Positions 39,901 to 54,283 of a DNA stretch of 64,000 nucleotides are shown piece by piece. The stretch's first letter is position 1, and the number at the start of each line of letters is the position of its first letter. The translations under genes and the position numbers were made by a program. The notes under the pieces were generated by a model, which ran no database searches, was not told the DNA's origin, and saw only the letters and a program-made list of their open reading frames with translations. The DNA is from Fimbriosthenelais zetlandica (Eukaryota), in contig OZ365114.1 in the NCBI GenBank assembly GCA_977030845.1, positions 15,562,001 to 15,626,000 of the forward strand, read 5' to 3'.

Positions 39901-42900
39901 TCGTCCCAGTAAACCGAGCTGCTCCTTCCATTCACATGGGTTCTTGGTATGAACCGGACATTACCTCCTCGATGCCTGAATGAATAATGCATGAGAGAAT
40001 AGGTCAGACCTTACCTATACTCCTTTGTCCCCCTCGTCATTGAATATATCATCCTTGTTATTGTAGTCAAGCAAAACGCACGTAATCAGTGATGCTCTAT
40101 TTTCTCTGGAATTAACAGGCAGATGTACCAATCTATTTTTCAAAGTACTTAAAAAAAACTTTATAAAGCATGCCTTAATATAGATGTACATATTTCACAT
40201 AATTACTTTGAATATTATTTTGCCCAACATACATTGCTTGGTCACTTTGGAGAAGGAATAAAACAGCATATTTCTGACGAGCATCTCTCATAACTATGTT
40301 ATCAAAGTAAGTGAAAAAGCCTGGAGTAACTGAGAGACTGTGAGTAGTGGTATAATTATATACTCCTGATACATCTCATGTCACCTTCATTATGGAGCTG
40401 TTTGAAGCCACTCCGTGCTGTTACTATAGTACCTTCATCTTTCCTAAGTGTCATAATGCAATGAGGCTCGGTTTGATGTGTTGGTTATCAAGCCATTTAT
40501 AATGGATTGTCTACTACAGCGTTTCCCAAAGACATCCATCTCTCCTGGGGGCCAGCCAAGGCCAAAATGTTTATGTGTAAGGGCAAGAGGCCTGCAGGGT
40601 TAGAAGTTAGTAAACTAATAGACCATATGTATGCAAGGCTCCTTCCTGCCTTTGATGCTGAGAGGGAACGCTCGCAATCTGAGGGCACGGGAATTAGATT
40701 ACTGTAGATCAAACGCCCGAATGAACTGTTATGCTCTCTGTTAGGGGGGAGTATATTTTTCCAGGTAGATTAAAGCAATATTTGTGTATATGAGTATAAT
40801 GCCTATATGTGAGCATAGGTAATGATGCAAGCCAATAATATCATTGTTTGAAATGTACAGCAAACTCGATTTTGATCTTCTGTTAGAAATGGTAGCATCA
40901 TGATTTTTTTCATATATATGTCATTTAATTTGGCGCCAGGTAACAATTTAGGAATCCCGTCAGGGATCGGAAGGTCAATGTCATCATCGACATCATAGTG
41001 ACATTGTTTTTGAACTCCTGAAATCTAAAGTTACAATATTAGATTTTCACAGATTTGCCTCATATGAGACAGAGTTGATAGAACTTGCTTTCAGATATCG
41101 GCAGTTGGCACAGAGTGGTAAATATTGCCAAAGACTTTATTTTATCAAGGCTACTTTACAGTTATCCCTTCTCCAACCATACCGTATTTGATAATTCAAA
41201 GTACAGGCTGAGATACAACTCCATACAATTGTTTTTTGTCATTGGAATTGTCATTGGAGGTGGCGATGCAAGGAGCAATGGACTAGGAACTCGTTAAATC
41301 CAGCTTAGATTTCAGCAGAAACTCCTTTGATGAAAACTGGCAAAGAGCTAAAAAGTCGCTTGATGTTATCCTTAATGTACGCAATTTTCAGAGCTGTTTG
41401 CCAATTTTCTTCCTCAAAAACATCGACTGGCTCGCAAAAGCTTTGCCTTATGAAATGCACCACCCAGACCCATTTATAGAGAAGCGAGTGCAAAGCAAAT
41501 TGTGGCAGTCTTTAATTCTTGATACTTTTGAGGTCTTTATTGCCCCATTTGCAGTCCTGCCTTTGGGATAAGGGCTTTCTGTGCATAAAAGTATGTCAAT
41601 CACGTTCATCCAAAGAAACCTTATGATGAATTTGTTTTAAAAAATCTGACTGAGCATGCACGTGGCTGCCTAGTAATTGTAATTGATTGAAGACAAGATT
41701 GCAGACCGGTGCACTCAAGCAGGCTTTCATAAAAAAAAAGAGACTACAACAATGGGAAAAAACAAATCTGTAAACATTGCTACAGTTCCATTGCATTCCT
41801 CATTTTATTTGTTTGAAACCGGCTCATAATATACACAGAATAGTTATAAATATTTCGGGCACTTTCAGGTTTGCTTTTCCTGAAATTACAGTGGGATTAA
41901 CCACAGCTTATAATTGTTCTCCTGGTGAATCATTTACAGCCGTTTTGAATATCACTTCCTCGCATCGCTCTGCCCCAAGCGCGGCGAGTTCAGTAAACGA
42001 GCAAATGATTATTTCTGCATTAATACGGTTACCATGGCAACTATGTGATGAGCTAAAGTGATACTAACAACACCTCGGATTTCAAAAGACCCCATTAGAC
42101 TCAGAGGCCTTAATTGTGCTATTATTTCCAATTTAAATGTGTCCTCCTCTTTCTCATCATCCACTCAGTGTTTTCGGCAATGTTGGTTAATACCAGACAT
42201 TACACCAACGCTAATAGAGCAAAGCCCAATGTCCCTCCAGTCAGAGTCAACTCTAGTTAAACTCTCAGAATCCATGATACTATGCCCATCATTTGCATGT
42301 TTTATACTTATTATGCCTTTCGCCTAGCCAATGGGTTGTAAATCTAGGGCTAATGCGGACAGTGAAAATACATTGGATGGAAAGAGAGCCAATTCATATA
42401 CTAATAATAGTCAATAGTCAGCGTTACTTTTTTCATGTATATCGCAAAAACTCCGTATATTGGGTTCAAAGGAAGGTTACTGAATAATTTTGTTCCTGCT
42501 TTAAGTAACAATTTGTCTTTGGGGACTCACAACGGCCCCCTACATTACCCGCTGGTATACAATGGAGACCGTCGAAAAACAATACACAGTACTATAATTG
42601 CATCGCATGTCTCTGAGAAACAGATTGATAACGTATATCTTTTTCGTCTGGGAATTTTTAGGCCAGCTTTTTCGGTTGTTTCTCATTTGTCGATCAGAGA
42701 GAAGTGATATGGTTATCATGCATGATCTGTCGATGGAACAGGCAAACATGAACTTGGGCTTACGGTGGGAAAGACATTGATTCCAATGTTGCTTCCCCAA
42801 ATACAATAAAAAGTGATTTGGAATAATTTCAGGATCAGGTTTATGGCCTCTGACCACACCAGGTTTTGGTCAGCTTTTTCGACCCGTCAATAACACGCGG

Positions 42901-45900
42901 GAGCAAGTGGCATAAAAGCTGCAATTGATTAGAGGGAATTCTTAAAATCTGAATTCAGAATTTTAAATGTCAATCATTTGCATCGCCTCTGAGCTGGAGA
43001 GGTTCTTTTTCAAACGTGCAAACCTGGCTCGTTTTCTTTTACTTTCGTACATGTATTACATCGAGAAAGGAGATCTTTCCATACGATACCTTACTCCATA
43101 TGGGGCAAAATAAGCAGGAAAGATATCTCCCCAGAGAAAACCATGCCATAAATGGAATATGCTGACTTTGCAGTACTACGACCTTTATATTCCTGAAGCT
43201 ATAAGATATGATTGGCATTATCTGATATGAAGAAATACGGCCATCTCAAAGATGATATTATGTCGATCTCAGTGATATTAGCAAAGAGCAATATATAATA
43301 TAGGCCAACTTTCTGTTTGAACATATAATATACCCCTCAAAGTAATTTCAGATGTAATTGTTTATAATTATATGAATAATAGTAAATGGTCATATAACTT
43401 ACTATATGTACTATGATTATGTACTCTAAGTAAGAGTTTCTCTTCAAAAGTTTCTTGGACAGCTTGCATACGTTGGCAAAACATGAAACATGTTGCTGGC
43501 AAGTGACTAAAATGGCCAAGGATTCAATAAGATTGCACTTGACTTTGGCTTATTAAGACCTCCATGATTTGGAACAGAACTGAAAATCAATACTTTAAGT
43601 CATTTCAGTCCCATATCAATCTGTCATCCAATGTCTCGATCACTGAGGTCTCGAAATGGAAAACCAAAAGCAGTCTCATTTAGGACAAGACTGACCAGTA
43701 TTGGTTTTTATTTGATAAGATAACGCCTTACTGTGTCTATGTTAACATGGTATGGGTATATAGGAAGGCTTGGTGCCACAGCTGGTATTGTTTTGAGCAG
43801 AAGCTACTCGGTGTTGGCGGGATTAAGACCTGGAGCAGCTCTACACCTGAGCCTGTAGGAGGACCTGTATGACACATAGGTGACGGGTGAGCAACACGAG
43901 TGGTGGCTAATCTCTATCATCTCTGTCATTACCCCACAAGACAAAGATGGAACACATACCATAGCCATGTTCCAACAAACACACACTTTGATGTTTTAGC
44001 CCTTTGGTCGTTGTTTTCCACACAATGTATCATTTGGGGAGGAATATGACATGAGATGCCCTGTAGGTATGACAGGATGTCTGGTCCAAAAATATTCAAT
44101 TCCAGTGCAAAGAATACTCAGTCCCATCACAAGTTCTTGCTTGTTGATTCGGCTGAATCTAGCACTCTAGCCCACCATCCATATCGCTCCCTCTCTGACT
44201 CCTTTCATTGACAGGCCTGTTCGATTGCAGTAATTCTTCATTTGCGTGGGCCTATTTTCGCGAGGCGCCAAAACATCCCATTCTTTGAGAAGGAGCTGTT
44301 TTAGTTTGCCTGAAAGGGATGGATCACCAGCCGCTGTTGCTGATCGATCACCATGGATTCCCTTCCACGAAAGTGACCAAGTACGATGGCCGCGATGTCG
44401 CGGCATCTCAGCCAGTGTGCAAAGCTATGGAGGACCTGATCCACTGTGCTAATTGTCCTAAAGCGAATTGTAAACTTTTTTTCTCCCAAAATAGCCTCAT
44501 ATTCGACACATATGTGTCAGTTGGCATTACCTGTGAACTTTTATAAGATACTGGGATGTAAATTATATATATACAAGTGACAAAACGGTGAATATTAAGA
44601 GTCAATCCTCTTAATGATAGGCAGGATATGCTGCATTAGTTCCTGGATAGACTTAACATTTGCTAGGAAGTAATGACCGTTTAACGACCACGTACTTTCC
44701 AATGGATTTTAAGGCAGTATGCCAAACAAGGCAATATGGGGATCAAGTCTATCTTAAACTAGTATTGCAGCCATCAATCACTTTGCCCTGCTGTACAATA
44801 ATCAGTGAAATCTTGCTGGTTTTGCATAAAATCCCATCACATTGTAAGCCAAGCCTTTCTCCTCAATCTGATAAATCACTAAGGTTCCCTCTGTCAATCA
44901 ATCATAGTGATTCTTTGTTTCCTCAATTATTGGCTCTCAGATAACTCCTTTACTCTATAATGATCTCTTGATTTGATAGCAAATAACACGCGGTTCTGTA
45001 AATAGGAATTTAACCTTGAATTAATAGATTTTAAGTCAACAGTTGACTCTTCAACTTGAATTGCCTTCATTTATAACTTCGTAAGATCCTGTCATTTCAT
45101 TGAATTGCAGATTTGATGATTACATCTTATTGCACACATATATGTATATGTACGTGAACGAATACGTAGGCTATGCTTAATATGCAGGGTTGTATCGGTA
45201 ATATAAATATTGCGGTACGCACTGTGCCATATACATGTGGTCGATATCGGTAATTTCAATGTTTTGGGGCATTAATAACAGGCATTCATACTGGGAGTGA
45301 GTAATTTGAGAGAATGGGGTCAATGTAAGCTTTTCTCCATGACCTGTTTATGTACCTGATGATCCTAAATGGTATATTGTCATTGATGCTGGTAGCACAT
45401 ACATACAATACTCTATCCTCGAACCCAGTAATTTTTCGCTGAGAAAAAATTCCGCAGAACTGGATGACCTTTTGAATTCACTTCGCTAAAATAATTGTAA
45501 CAGTTTCGCTTAGTATTATGCAATAACTGTGAACATTGTGGGGTTTAAATGCTATATGTAGGTCTATGTTCTAATGGATCAGACCAAAATTAAAACTACG
45601 TATAAATAAATATATTTCGAGTAAATACACACCAACAGGGGCGTGCCAGTCGGGTTCCTGGTCCTCCCATTGTTGTACAATATGGCTCAGGTGGAACATT
45701 CATCTGGCATCATACAATTTGATGCACAAGTCCACCCATCAAATCAAGCACCCCGTCCCCACTCGCCCGTTTATAGAGCCTTTTTACATTTAAATAATTG
45801 GGTAATGATAGTGAGAAAAACGTCCATCGTGATGGAACCAGCCACGTTGAATGCATTTTAAATGTTCAGTGCTTATTTTATTGCAATTTCCAATACCAAA

Positions 45901-48509
45901 TGGATGTATGTGTACATGGGTTTAATGTATTGCTTATCTATTAGCAGCACCATATAACGCATTATATGGTGCCAGGTTTATTGTCAGTATTCTTATCTAT
46001 TACGAGCAGGCGAATGTAAGTGGAATTTTACAGCCTTTCCTCGGTGAAACACGCAATAGCAATAGATTTTGGTTATAACCTCGACAAAATCCCAATGATT
46101 CAATTATTTTTAATACCTACCGAATCACTGTGAACTCTCTGCATTATGCTATAGGCAAAGAACACTGATTAGCCTACGATGTGCAATAGATTACATGCAT
46201 TTTGCTGGATTAAAGATGGCTTTTTGGCATGAACCATCCATGTTTGATGAGTTCTTACCCCCACCTCCAATACCCAGAAGGCCTATACATAGGCCAGCAA
46301 TTATTATATAGATGCACATTCCTATCTCCGTGTCAGCTTCTGAGAGCTCTTCTAGAAACGTGTGATACCCTTCTCATTAGCACCCATTGTCTTAAACCCT
46401 ATCAACACATTGCTGGCTGGCTGTAGCCAGTTAATTTCTCCCTCGTTTACTCCTCCATGTCTGTACTCATTATGTATTGTATAAATATTTCATGAGAGAG
46501 GACAGACTGATGTTCTGTGTGCATGGAATATTCACGAATGTTCAGCACAGCATTTGCCAGTATAACTTTACACCATAAAATTATTCATTTTTCTCCCTCC
46601 AACTGATCTGCCAGATCCGCATAGCCAATAATGAATAGTCTGGGTGTGTGTGTATTTATTGGGGTGTCTAGAAATGACTTGCAGGATCTTCACAAGGCAA
46701 TTAGCTCGAAGGAGCGCTTTCCATCCTCGCACTGCAGACAGTGTCGTTTTCATGATGATTGCTGAAATGAGTCTGAATTTCACGATGCTGATACTATCAA
46801 AATTCCACATTATAAGCTACTTGTGTAACTTAATCAATTATTTTGGATGTATTCTTATACAAATTCATTTACACATTTTGTGGGCGAGATTAAGTTTTAA
46901 TGCTTTAATCTCAGACGTCTGGTGATATGCGTTGGATATCCTGATACTGTTTTTAATTGTGAACTAAATATGATACGTGAAAATGACATGTGTCAAAACA
47001 CCAAATAATAACAATTCTGATTTTGAAAATAACCATTGATTTCTTGCCAAAGTCGTTTTTACTCTCGATACTATCGTTCTGATACATCATTTCAAAAGTA
47101 TCTTTTTCCCACAACTAAATGTAGCCTCCTACTCCAAACCTGTCCTTTCTCATAACACAACACGCTGTCCTGACCCTCCCCTCTACTGTTTTCCCATTCA
47201 AGCTTATAACAGCAATCATACAAACGCGGCTACATACAGTAGCTATACTCCCAACTGACTTCCCGTGGGAAAATTCTTAATTTCCTTCCTGTTTACTTTT
47301 CATCTGGCTCTTTATTTGACTAGAAGAGCCTGCCTGTTCCCAGTTGTTTTTACAGCAAATCGGAAAACATTATCTGGGGGGATTACCATTTAGTGGACGC
47401 ATCGGGCATGCCATCTATATATTGTGCCGCGAGCTTCAGATATATACCTGATATGGGCCTGTCTCTATTGACTATAGACTTGGTCAGACAATAGCCTAGT
47501 ATTTCCACTAGTCCAGTCAGATTTTCTCAAACCGAAGGTCTTCCCCGAAAAGTAATACACGTAGTGGACCTAAGTGGTTCAATTATTAGTGATTTCTGTG
47601 TATAAGTATCATGCCCTTCAATGCAATGTACAGCCCGAGGGCAACGGTTGGGGTGTATATAACAAGAAGGTGGCCTCTGGGCTTAAAAAGGTCAGTGAAA
47701 GGGAGAGTGCGAGTATTGTTGGTCGATGCATTGTGCACTAAGGCTGATATGGTCATCTCTAAGCTGAAGGGACCTTCATGAGGACCTTTTAAAGCGATGA
47801 AACGTGATTCATACAGAGAATGAGCTGCGTTTTGCATTCAATTGACTTGTCCATGTGAACAAGTGAAATTCCATTGATTGTGTGCCTATTCATATGTAAA
47901 ATCCATGGTTTATATTGTAATACCATCCTTCTCAAAATAATCTGTTTTCAGTCACCTTTGTCAGGGGAAAATTAAACACTATATCGTTCTAGTTATTTTC
48001 TTTTGTCATAAATCTATTTGAATGGTACAATACGCTGTTTCTAAGCAATATAAATGTGATGAAGAGAAACTGTGGGAGGTTTGACTTCTCACCCCTAACT
48101 TTACAGTCATTTGCCTTTAGACAGTCGTATATATATCAAAGCAACGGATTTTGTATAGTAAAGTAATTTGCCATCTTGGTTTCTATGGGTGTCAAGGCCA
48201 AAATATCCGAAATATAACACACCAACTACGTTGGCTGCCCCTCCCTTGTTCTTCCTTCGTCTTTATAGTTGTATAGCGTTCATCGAAGTCTATCACAGTA
48301 TAAAAGCCACACTTTTAAGCTCATATAAACCGCTAAGGTGTATATAAGGGAATGCCTTGATGGTATTTGAGTAAATTGGGTGTGAAAACGAACACCAATT
48401 CACCTGTTATTGATCATTGAGGTGAGCCAGACCGTGATGTCTCCCCCTCACCTCTTACCCCTATAAACCTTCACTGAACAGCATGCATGCACATTGAAGC
48501 ACACCTAAA

Positions 48510-48543
48510 CCCCACCCCTCTACCACCCATCCCCTATTCACCC
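48510..48543 (-). other. G-quadruplex-forming motif on the minus strand
   Basis: Minus strand GGGtgaataGGGGatGGGtggtagaGGGGtGGGG. Confidence 0.55.
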
Positions 48544-49735
48544 ACCTTCCTTACCCTGCCTCCCATCCCTGCAGCCTTTATCTCAATATTTATCTAAGTA
48601 ATCCAAGTGTATAAATTGTATTAACTAGGATCAAGGGAAAGACAATTACCCCAGGCAGATTGAAAAGAAGCCCCTACTAGTTTCCCAGGACATACAAAAG
48701 GATAAAGTACTTACCATTAAAGAACCGTTTTAAGAATACAAAAGGGAATCCTTTCACAAAGCATGTAGGGGTATGGAAGGATGATAATCATTTGGGGGTT
48801 TAGAGTTAAAAGAGACAAGGGTACAAATCCTTTGATGTACCCATTATTAAACGCAGTTGTCCTTGGTTTATTGTAGCGGAAATACTTTTATTGAAGTCTT
48901 CAAAATGATTAGGAAGAAGGGAATAAAGGAGGGTAAGTTGGAATACAAATAGTCCCTGTATTCGTGCCATCTCGTGTGAGCCTCAACCAACAGGTCTGGC
49001 CTAGAGGTACGCCCTCTTGTCTTTCCCAGACACACTTTGTGTCCAGCTCTCTGGTCCTACTCCAAAGTCCACTTGTCAGAGGATTCAGGAGGACTGCATC
49101 ATGGTACAGATTCAGTGGTGGCGAATAAGCAAAAGACCCCAGGGTCAAGCATGAGGACTCAGCTTGGCGGATGAAAGAAGGACGAGGGAAAGGATAAATC
49201 AAAGTTAAGCACACATAGCAAGTTGTAAATTAAACTTTCCAGTGTAATTTGAGCACTGCAGGGGGCTGAGTTCAACCCGGAGGACTTGTCAAGTTTGAGG
49301 CTTCAAAGAGGGAATGTTGTGTCATTGGAGGTGTCAAAGGTGCCTTGAAAGTGTATAACATGATGGGAAAAAAGAAAACTTTTGACTTGCAGCTCTTCGT
49401 ATTATCTATGGGGCAAACAGTTGTAATTGCATATAATCAGCTATAGTTGTGACACCTATGTGTCTGTAGATATGACACATTGTCTCTAATGACTATGTGG
49501 GAATAGGAGGTAAATCTTTTCACGTGTCAAAATCGTGACATGTTGATTTGTGACTTCACTCCCTCAGAGACGGCTGTCTATAGGCTTGAAAATTCCAAAG
49601 CTGATAGTATCAACGAGTGGGGTCTATAGGTGGCAGCATGAAGACCTTTCACCTTTTATCCTTTATACTAGTAGTCTCTTGGGATTTCTGATCTATATAT
49701 AATTCAGGTGTTGATTCTATTGATAAAGGGAGCTT

Positions 49736-49750
49736 AGAGAGAGAGAGAGA
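49736..49750 (+). repeat. (AG)7 microsatellite
   Basis: AGAGAGAGAGAGAGA. Confidence 0.9.
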
Positions 49751-51712
49751 TAACATCTATATATAATTGCATTCAAAACTCATGGGACCGCGAAAATATT
49801 AGTGCGTACAATGGGTTCATTTTATGTCCCTAATACAGTTGTGTTGCCTAAATATAAAAGAGACAGATTTTGCCGCAGCTGCATATATATTATGCAGATA
49901 TGTTTGTCTTCTTAGCTGCAGTTAATAGTCTTGGAATTCCGGAACTTAAATAATTAGAATATTAACTAACGAATGAACTGAATGATATACTGCTTGGGAG
50001 TGACACAAAACTGTTTTGCCTCATGACAGGTCATGCAAACAATACCAAGCGGTGTCTTATTTTTAAAAGTATGATCTAACGTACGTATACCTAATATTTC
50101 TCCTGAAAGAGTTCATTGCAGAGTCGGTGCAATGAGGTGCAATGATATACATTTAAGTATATGAAGGAGAAATCGTTATGACATCCATTAAATCCCAACA
50201 TTCTTCAGTGTTATTCAGTCTCATACTGCGCATTAGTCTTAGCAGAAAGTGTTCTTACATCTTTATCGTCTGCATTAAATGCAATATGCCCCTCCCTTTA
50301 TACAACTGTCCATTGCTTTCTTTGACACTAGCACATACGGTATATGTATGGGAATTTAAGAGAACCGCCCTTCCACTCAAAAACTACCTACTGGCGAAGT
50401 AAAATGAGTTCCAGGCGGTTATTTATTGCTTCATTGAGCTTCCACCCAACGCTCCATCTAGTAATGCAAAATATTGATGCTTATACTGTGCAACACATCT
50501 CCATTGCTTAAAAGATATATGGAGCACATTTTATTCTATTTAAATAGCAAGGGTGATGAGAGGATTTTTGCATTGGTATCCATTACTAAAGGCATAGAAC
50601 ATGGGTGTTTTTTTCTTAGGAGGAGAGCTATGGGACGTTCTTGGATTAGGCTTTTAATAAGCTCTGCCCAGGCCATTGTTCTGTTTTTGTGAAGTGATCC
50701 AATTTGTTCGCCCCATTTGTCACGTACTGGAGCCATTGGAGGGCACTAAAATTATATATGGTTCTCCCGGTCTGATGATATTTAAATGAAGGAGTGAGTG
50801 TGTTACATCTCATTATCTTTTCAACATCTTAAGCAACTTAAGTTTTTTCTTTGTCTGTACCTTTCCCTTGATAGTGATTTCCAGCACAGTTTTTCTTTCT
50901 GCGCAAAAGCTAAGATATTTAGTTAAAATAGTTGATCTACAACCCCTTGCTATAATTGCTAAACACTACCAGTTTCAAAAGAGAGATGTGCTTAATCAGA
51001 CAATACTCGTGTGTGGCATCTTTGATCTTACACAGGATCGAGTTTCATAACAAAGACAACATTAGCTGAGAGAAATCTATATTATGCCACACATACATAC
51101 TATTGAATGTTAACTATACATCCGATGCAAAAGACACATTTCAGGGGAGACAGTGTCATATGATATGCGGGCAAATAAGACCATATTAAGACTGATGCCG
51201 TGTGATATCCGTGAATAATAACAGGTACTGACAAATAGATAATAATGAACCGTGGGATCTGTTTCATTTTGATCCTGGCTGACTTTCTACTGAGCACTGG
51301 AAAGCTACGCCACAGGAGGTTTTTATTATTCTCATATCTCTGATTTCAATATCATAATCCCTTCATGAACAAACTGGGGAATATTTGCCTGTGGTTGAAA
51401 CTGTATCTAGCCTATTATAATGACTGGTGGTGAGTCTGCCTCAGATTCATCTATCTATCTATCCCCCTTTTTGTGAATTGCTCATTTTGAGCTCAGCAAC
51501 TGCGTAGGTAGCCTACTTAAGAAAACTACTGTAACCAAAGATTTTGCTGCAGAGGTCTGGAAAGCAACATTAGATATCAATCTAAATTTAGTTCCATATC
51601 ACTTAAACACATTTCAGCCAAATGCAATACAGCTAAATTCAATTGGACAGAGATGTCTATCTGCATTTTATCTCCAGATGCCACGTTAATTGATGCATGG
51701 GTGAATTTGAGG

Positions 51713-51858
51713 CCAGGATGTTGTATGGTAGAGGTGGGATATCAAGTGCCAGGATGTTGTATGTGGTAGGTGGGAGATATGAAGGACCAGGATGTTGTAT
51801 GTGGTAGGTGGGAGATATGAAGGACCAGGATGTTGTATGTATGGTGGCTGGGAGATAT
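51713..51858 (+). repeat. Minisatellite, ~4 copies of a 36-38 bp unit
   Basis: Units start at 51713, 51749, 51787 and 51825; consensus CCAGGATGTTGTATGTGGTAGGTGGGAGATATGAAGGA. Copies 2 and 3 are identical and the outer copies have diverged. Confidence 0.95.
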
Positions 51859-52189
51859 CATGGATTGTACATGTATGTACTTGTGTGATAATCGTTGTGT
51901 TTTCCTGTGTGTGAGTATGGTGTGATAGTAGTTGTTAACATGCTTCCTACAGGTTTCTGTTTGTTGTGTTTGATGGTAACTGAGACCATGTAGGCGGTCT
52001 ATTGATTTTGTGTTCTGTAGCTTCGGAAATGTGGGCCAGGGAAATTGTAGAGTGCTCTAACAATCATGCATATTGAGTCTCCCTTCATGTCAGTTGCAAA
52101 ATACCGTAATCTGTATGAGATAACCCAGAATCATGGCATTACAAATTGCAACTAATATTGATGCCAAACACCTCATTTTTGTGTGTAGG

Positions 52190-52363
52190 TACATTGCTCC
52201 CCACTTATACCGACCACCTTTGGAACCTACTAATAGTGGTCTCTATAAGGAGGTGGTCGGTTTAGAGGGGTAGTTTAAACATTATAAGAAAATGGGATCA
52301 GACATGGTCGGCTCAAGGGGGTGGTCGGATGTGGGGAAGAACCGTAGTTAAAAGCTTCTACTC
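52190..52363. mobile_element. Degenerate pogo/Tc1-mariner-type MITE-like element
   Basis: Starts TACATTGCTCCCCACTTATACCGACCACC and carries repeated GACCAC/GTGGTC motifs in both orientations (ACCGACCACC 52209-52218 vs GGTGGTCGGT 52252-52261; GGTGGTCGG 52320-52328). CCCCAC...CCGACCA is mirrored by TGGTCGG...GTGGGG. Resemblance to invertebrate pogo-type MITEs is from recall. Confidence 0.5.
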
Positions 52364-52782
52364 GAGACAATTGAAAGGTTCGCGCTTTATAAATTGGCAT
52401 TCCTCCTTGACAGGGTCATTCCTCCATTAGGCCTACTGTTCTTTTGAAAGCAACCTTTTGAAATTGAAATAGTTATTTGGAAGTTCTAGGCAGATATGCG
52501 TCACAACATTGCGGTTCTTTTCCTGTAATTAGGATTTTTCTAATTGTATGAGTGTAAACAACATTGATGAGGTTCACATAAAAGATAACAAGCACTCCAT
52601 GCCCTGCCGTCTTTTTATATAGCTCGTTCTTGTAATGTTGCTTGTCGCTGCCGGCCGCAGGGTAGATAGGTTTTGAGTTTGTTAACGAGTTTTGAGAGAG
52701 CAGGTGTCTCTTCCATGGCATTGTGTCAGGCAGGCATCACCCTGGTCCTATTTTAGCAGACGTAGCCTCATTCCAGTTTAAC

Positions 52783-53110
52783 TTCCTGTTCCTCTTCTCA
52801 TTCCTTTCCTTTCTTGCTTCCACCTTATTACTCTTGCTTCCCTCCTTCCTTTTTTCTTGATCCTTCTCAAATATTTCCTTCCTCTGGTACCTTTTTCCTG
52901 CTCAGTACTTTAGTTTTCCCTTACCTTCTTCTCAGCTGCTCGGTTTATGGTCCTTCTTTTCCATTTTACCATGCAAGGTTGATCCCCATCTCTGTTTTTC
53001 TGCCTCTGACCTCTTCATATACTGCTCTTCTCATTAGCTCTTTTCCTTATCTCCTGCTCTTTTTCCTCCTCATGGCCCTCTTCCTCTTCGACGACATTTC
53101 CCTGCTGTCC
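52783..53110 (+). repeat. CT-rich low-complexity tract
   Basis: About 330 bp strongly pyrimidine-biased; explains the F/S/L/P-rich ORF 52814-53113. The minus strand gives short E/K/R-rich frames broken by stops. Confidence 0.85.
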
Positions 53111-54283
53111 TGAGCAGAAACAATACCCGGAACGTCTGATGCTTTCATCCGCTGTGCCAGTCTCAGCATCCGGCCAGCTGTCAAGGTCTGAGTGGTACCA
53201 GCAGCCTGTTTATCCACTGGAAATCTTCCTCAATGCAAGATAACAAAAGGATGGTATCAATAACCCCCTCCACCCGGCTAGAGTATTGGTAAGGCAATGG
53301 TGTGAACTGGACACAATGGTAGACTATACCAGAAACCAGCTGTAGTTTTTTTTATCATAATTCCAGGCTATATATATACATTAGCCCATGCTTGACACAG
53401 CTATAGGGGGGTTTTCAGAGGGATACCCATAGACGCAACAATGGGTAAAGTACCCTTGTTTTGAAAGAGCCTCATGTGTACTACTACCATATGTATATAT
53501 ATATATACGTAAGCTGCCCATGAATCCTACTTCAAAAGATCATCAGAAGTCTTTGATTATAAGTGGCAGAGATGTAAGCCTCAAGGGAAGGACCCCAAAA
53601 GAAGACAGCTCTCTGAAGAAGCCAGTATGCAGTCGATATACTTAAAATAACTTGATTGGTGTTCATTATCCAGCTTGTTTTCTGGTGCTTGATGTTTTTT
53701 GTGTATTAAAAAATACAATCTGCCGTTCGTAAAAAGGGCAAGTTAAGTCCTATGCATCCGTTCATCTGACAAGCTGGGTTTTAATTCACAGCAAGGCATC
53801 ATAATATGATCTCTTACCTGCCAATCTGTACTGACACTTTTACTAGCAAAATATGTTTGGTTGTTGTCAGAATGAGGATTTAAGTGATGCAACAAAGTGG
53901 AAGCAGCATAAAAGGAAGTTGTTTGTATTAGATTACAGCATCCTTTGTAATGTAGCTGCACCAGTATGATTGGCACTGCACAAAAACATGTGTTCATACC
54001 TGTCTGTAAGCTCATACATGTCCCGGCGAAAAAATAAGGATGTTTCACAGACATTAAATAAAACAGGGGTATTTTTCTTAATGTTGAGGTTGCAGACATG
54101 TATAGTTATATATGCCAGTTCAAAAAGAGTTCGGTGAATGACATAGCACAGTGGAGAGGTAGAAAAAAAGTAGGCCTACCTTTAAGGTTGTTTCTGCCAG
54201 TCCAGGATTGGAGTCATATGAACGTGTCTAATAGTACTTAACATTATAATGACAAGATTAAGGTCTGGAAAACGACACAGTAA

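Noticed and set aside
43811-43853. tRNA-like GCTC-AGGTGTA-GAGC D-arm plus degenerate T-loop on the minus strand
   Set aside because: There is no anticodon arm or acceptor stem, and the B-box is poor.
47600-47800. hAT transposase-like SGL...RCIVH...LHEDL on the plus strand
   Set aside because: It needs a frameshift and several stops, and the DG catalytic context is unconvincing.
51713-51858. 38 bp repeats as a CRISPR array
   Set aside because: Units are directly adjacent with no unique spacers, and there are no cas genes.
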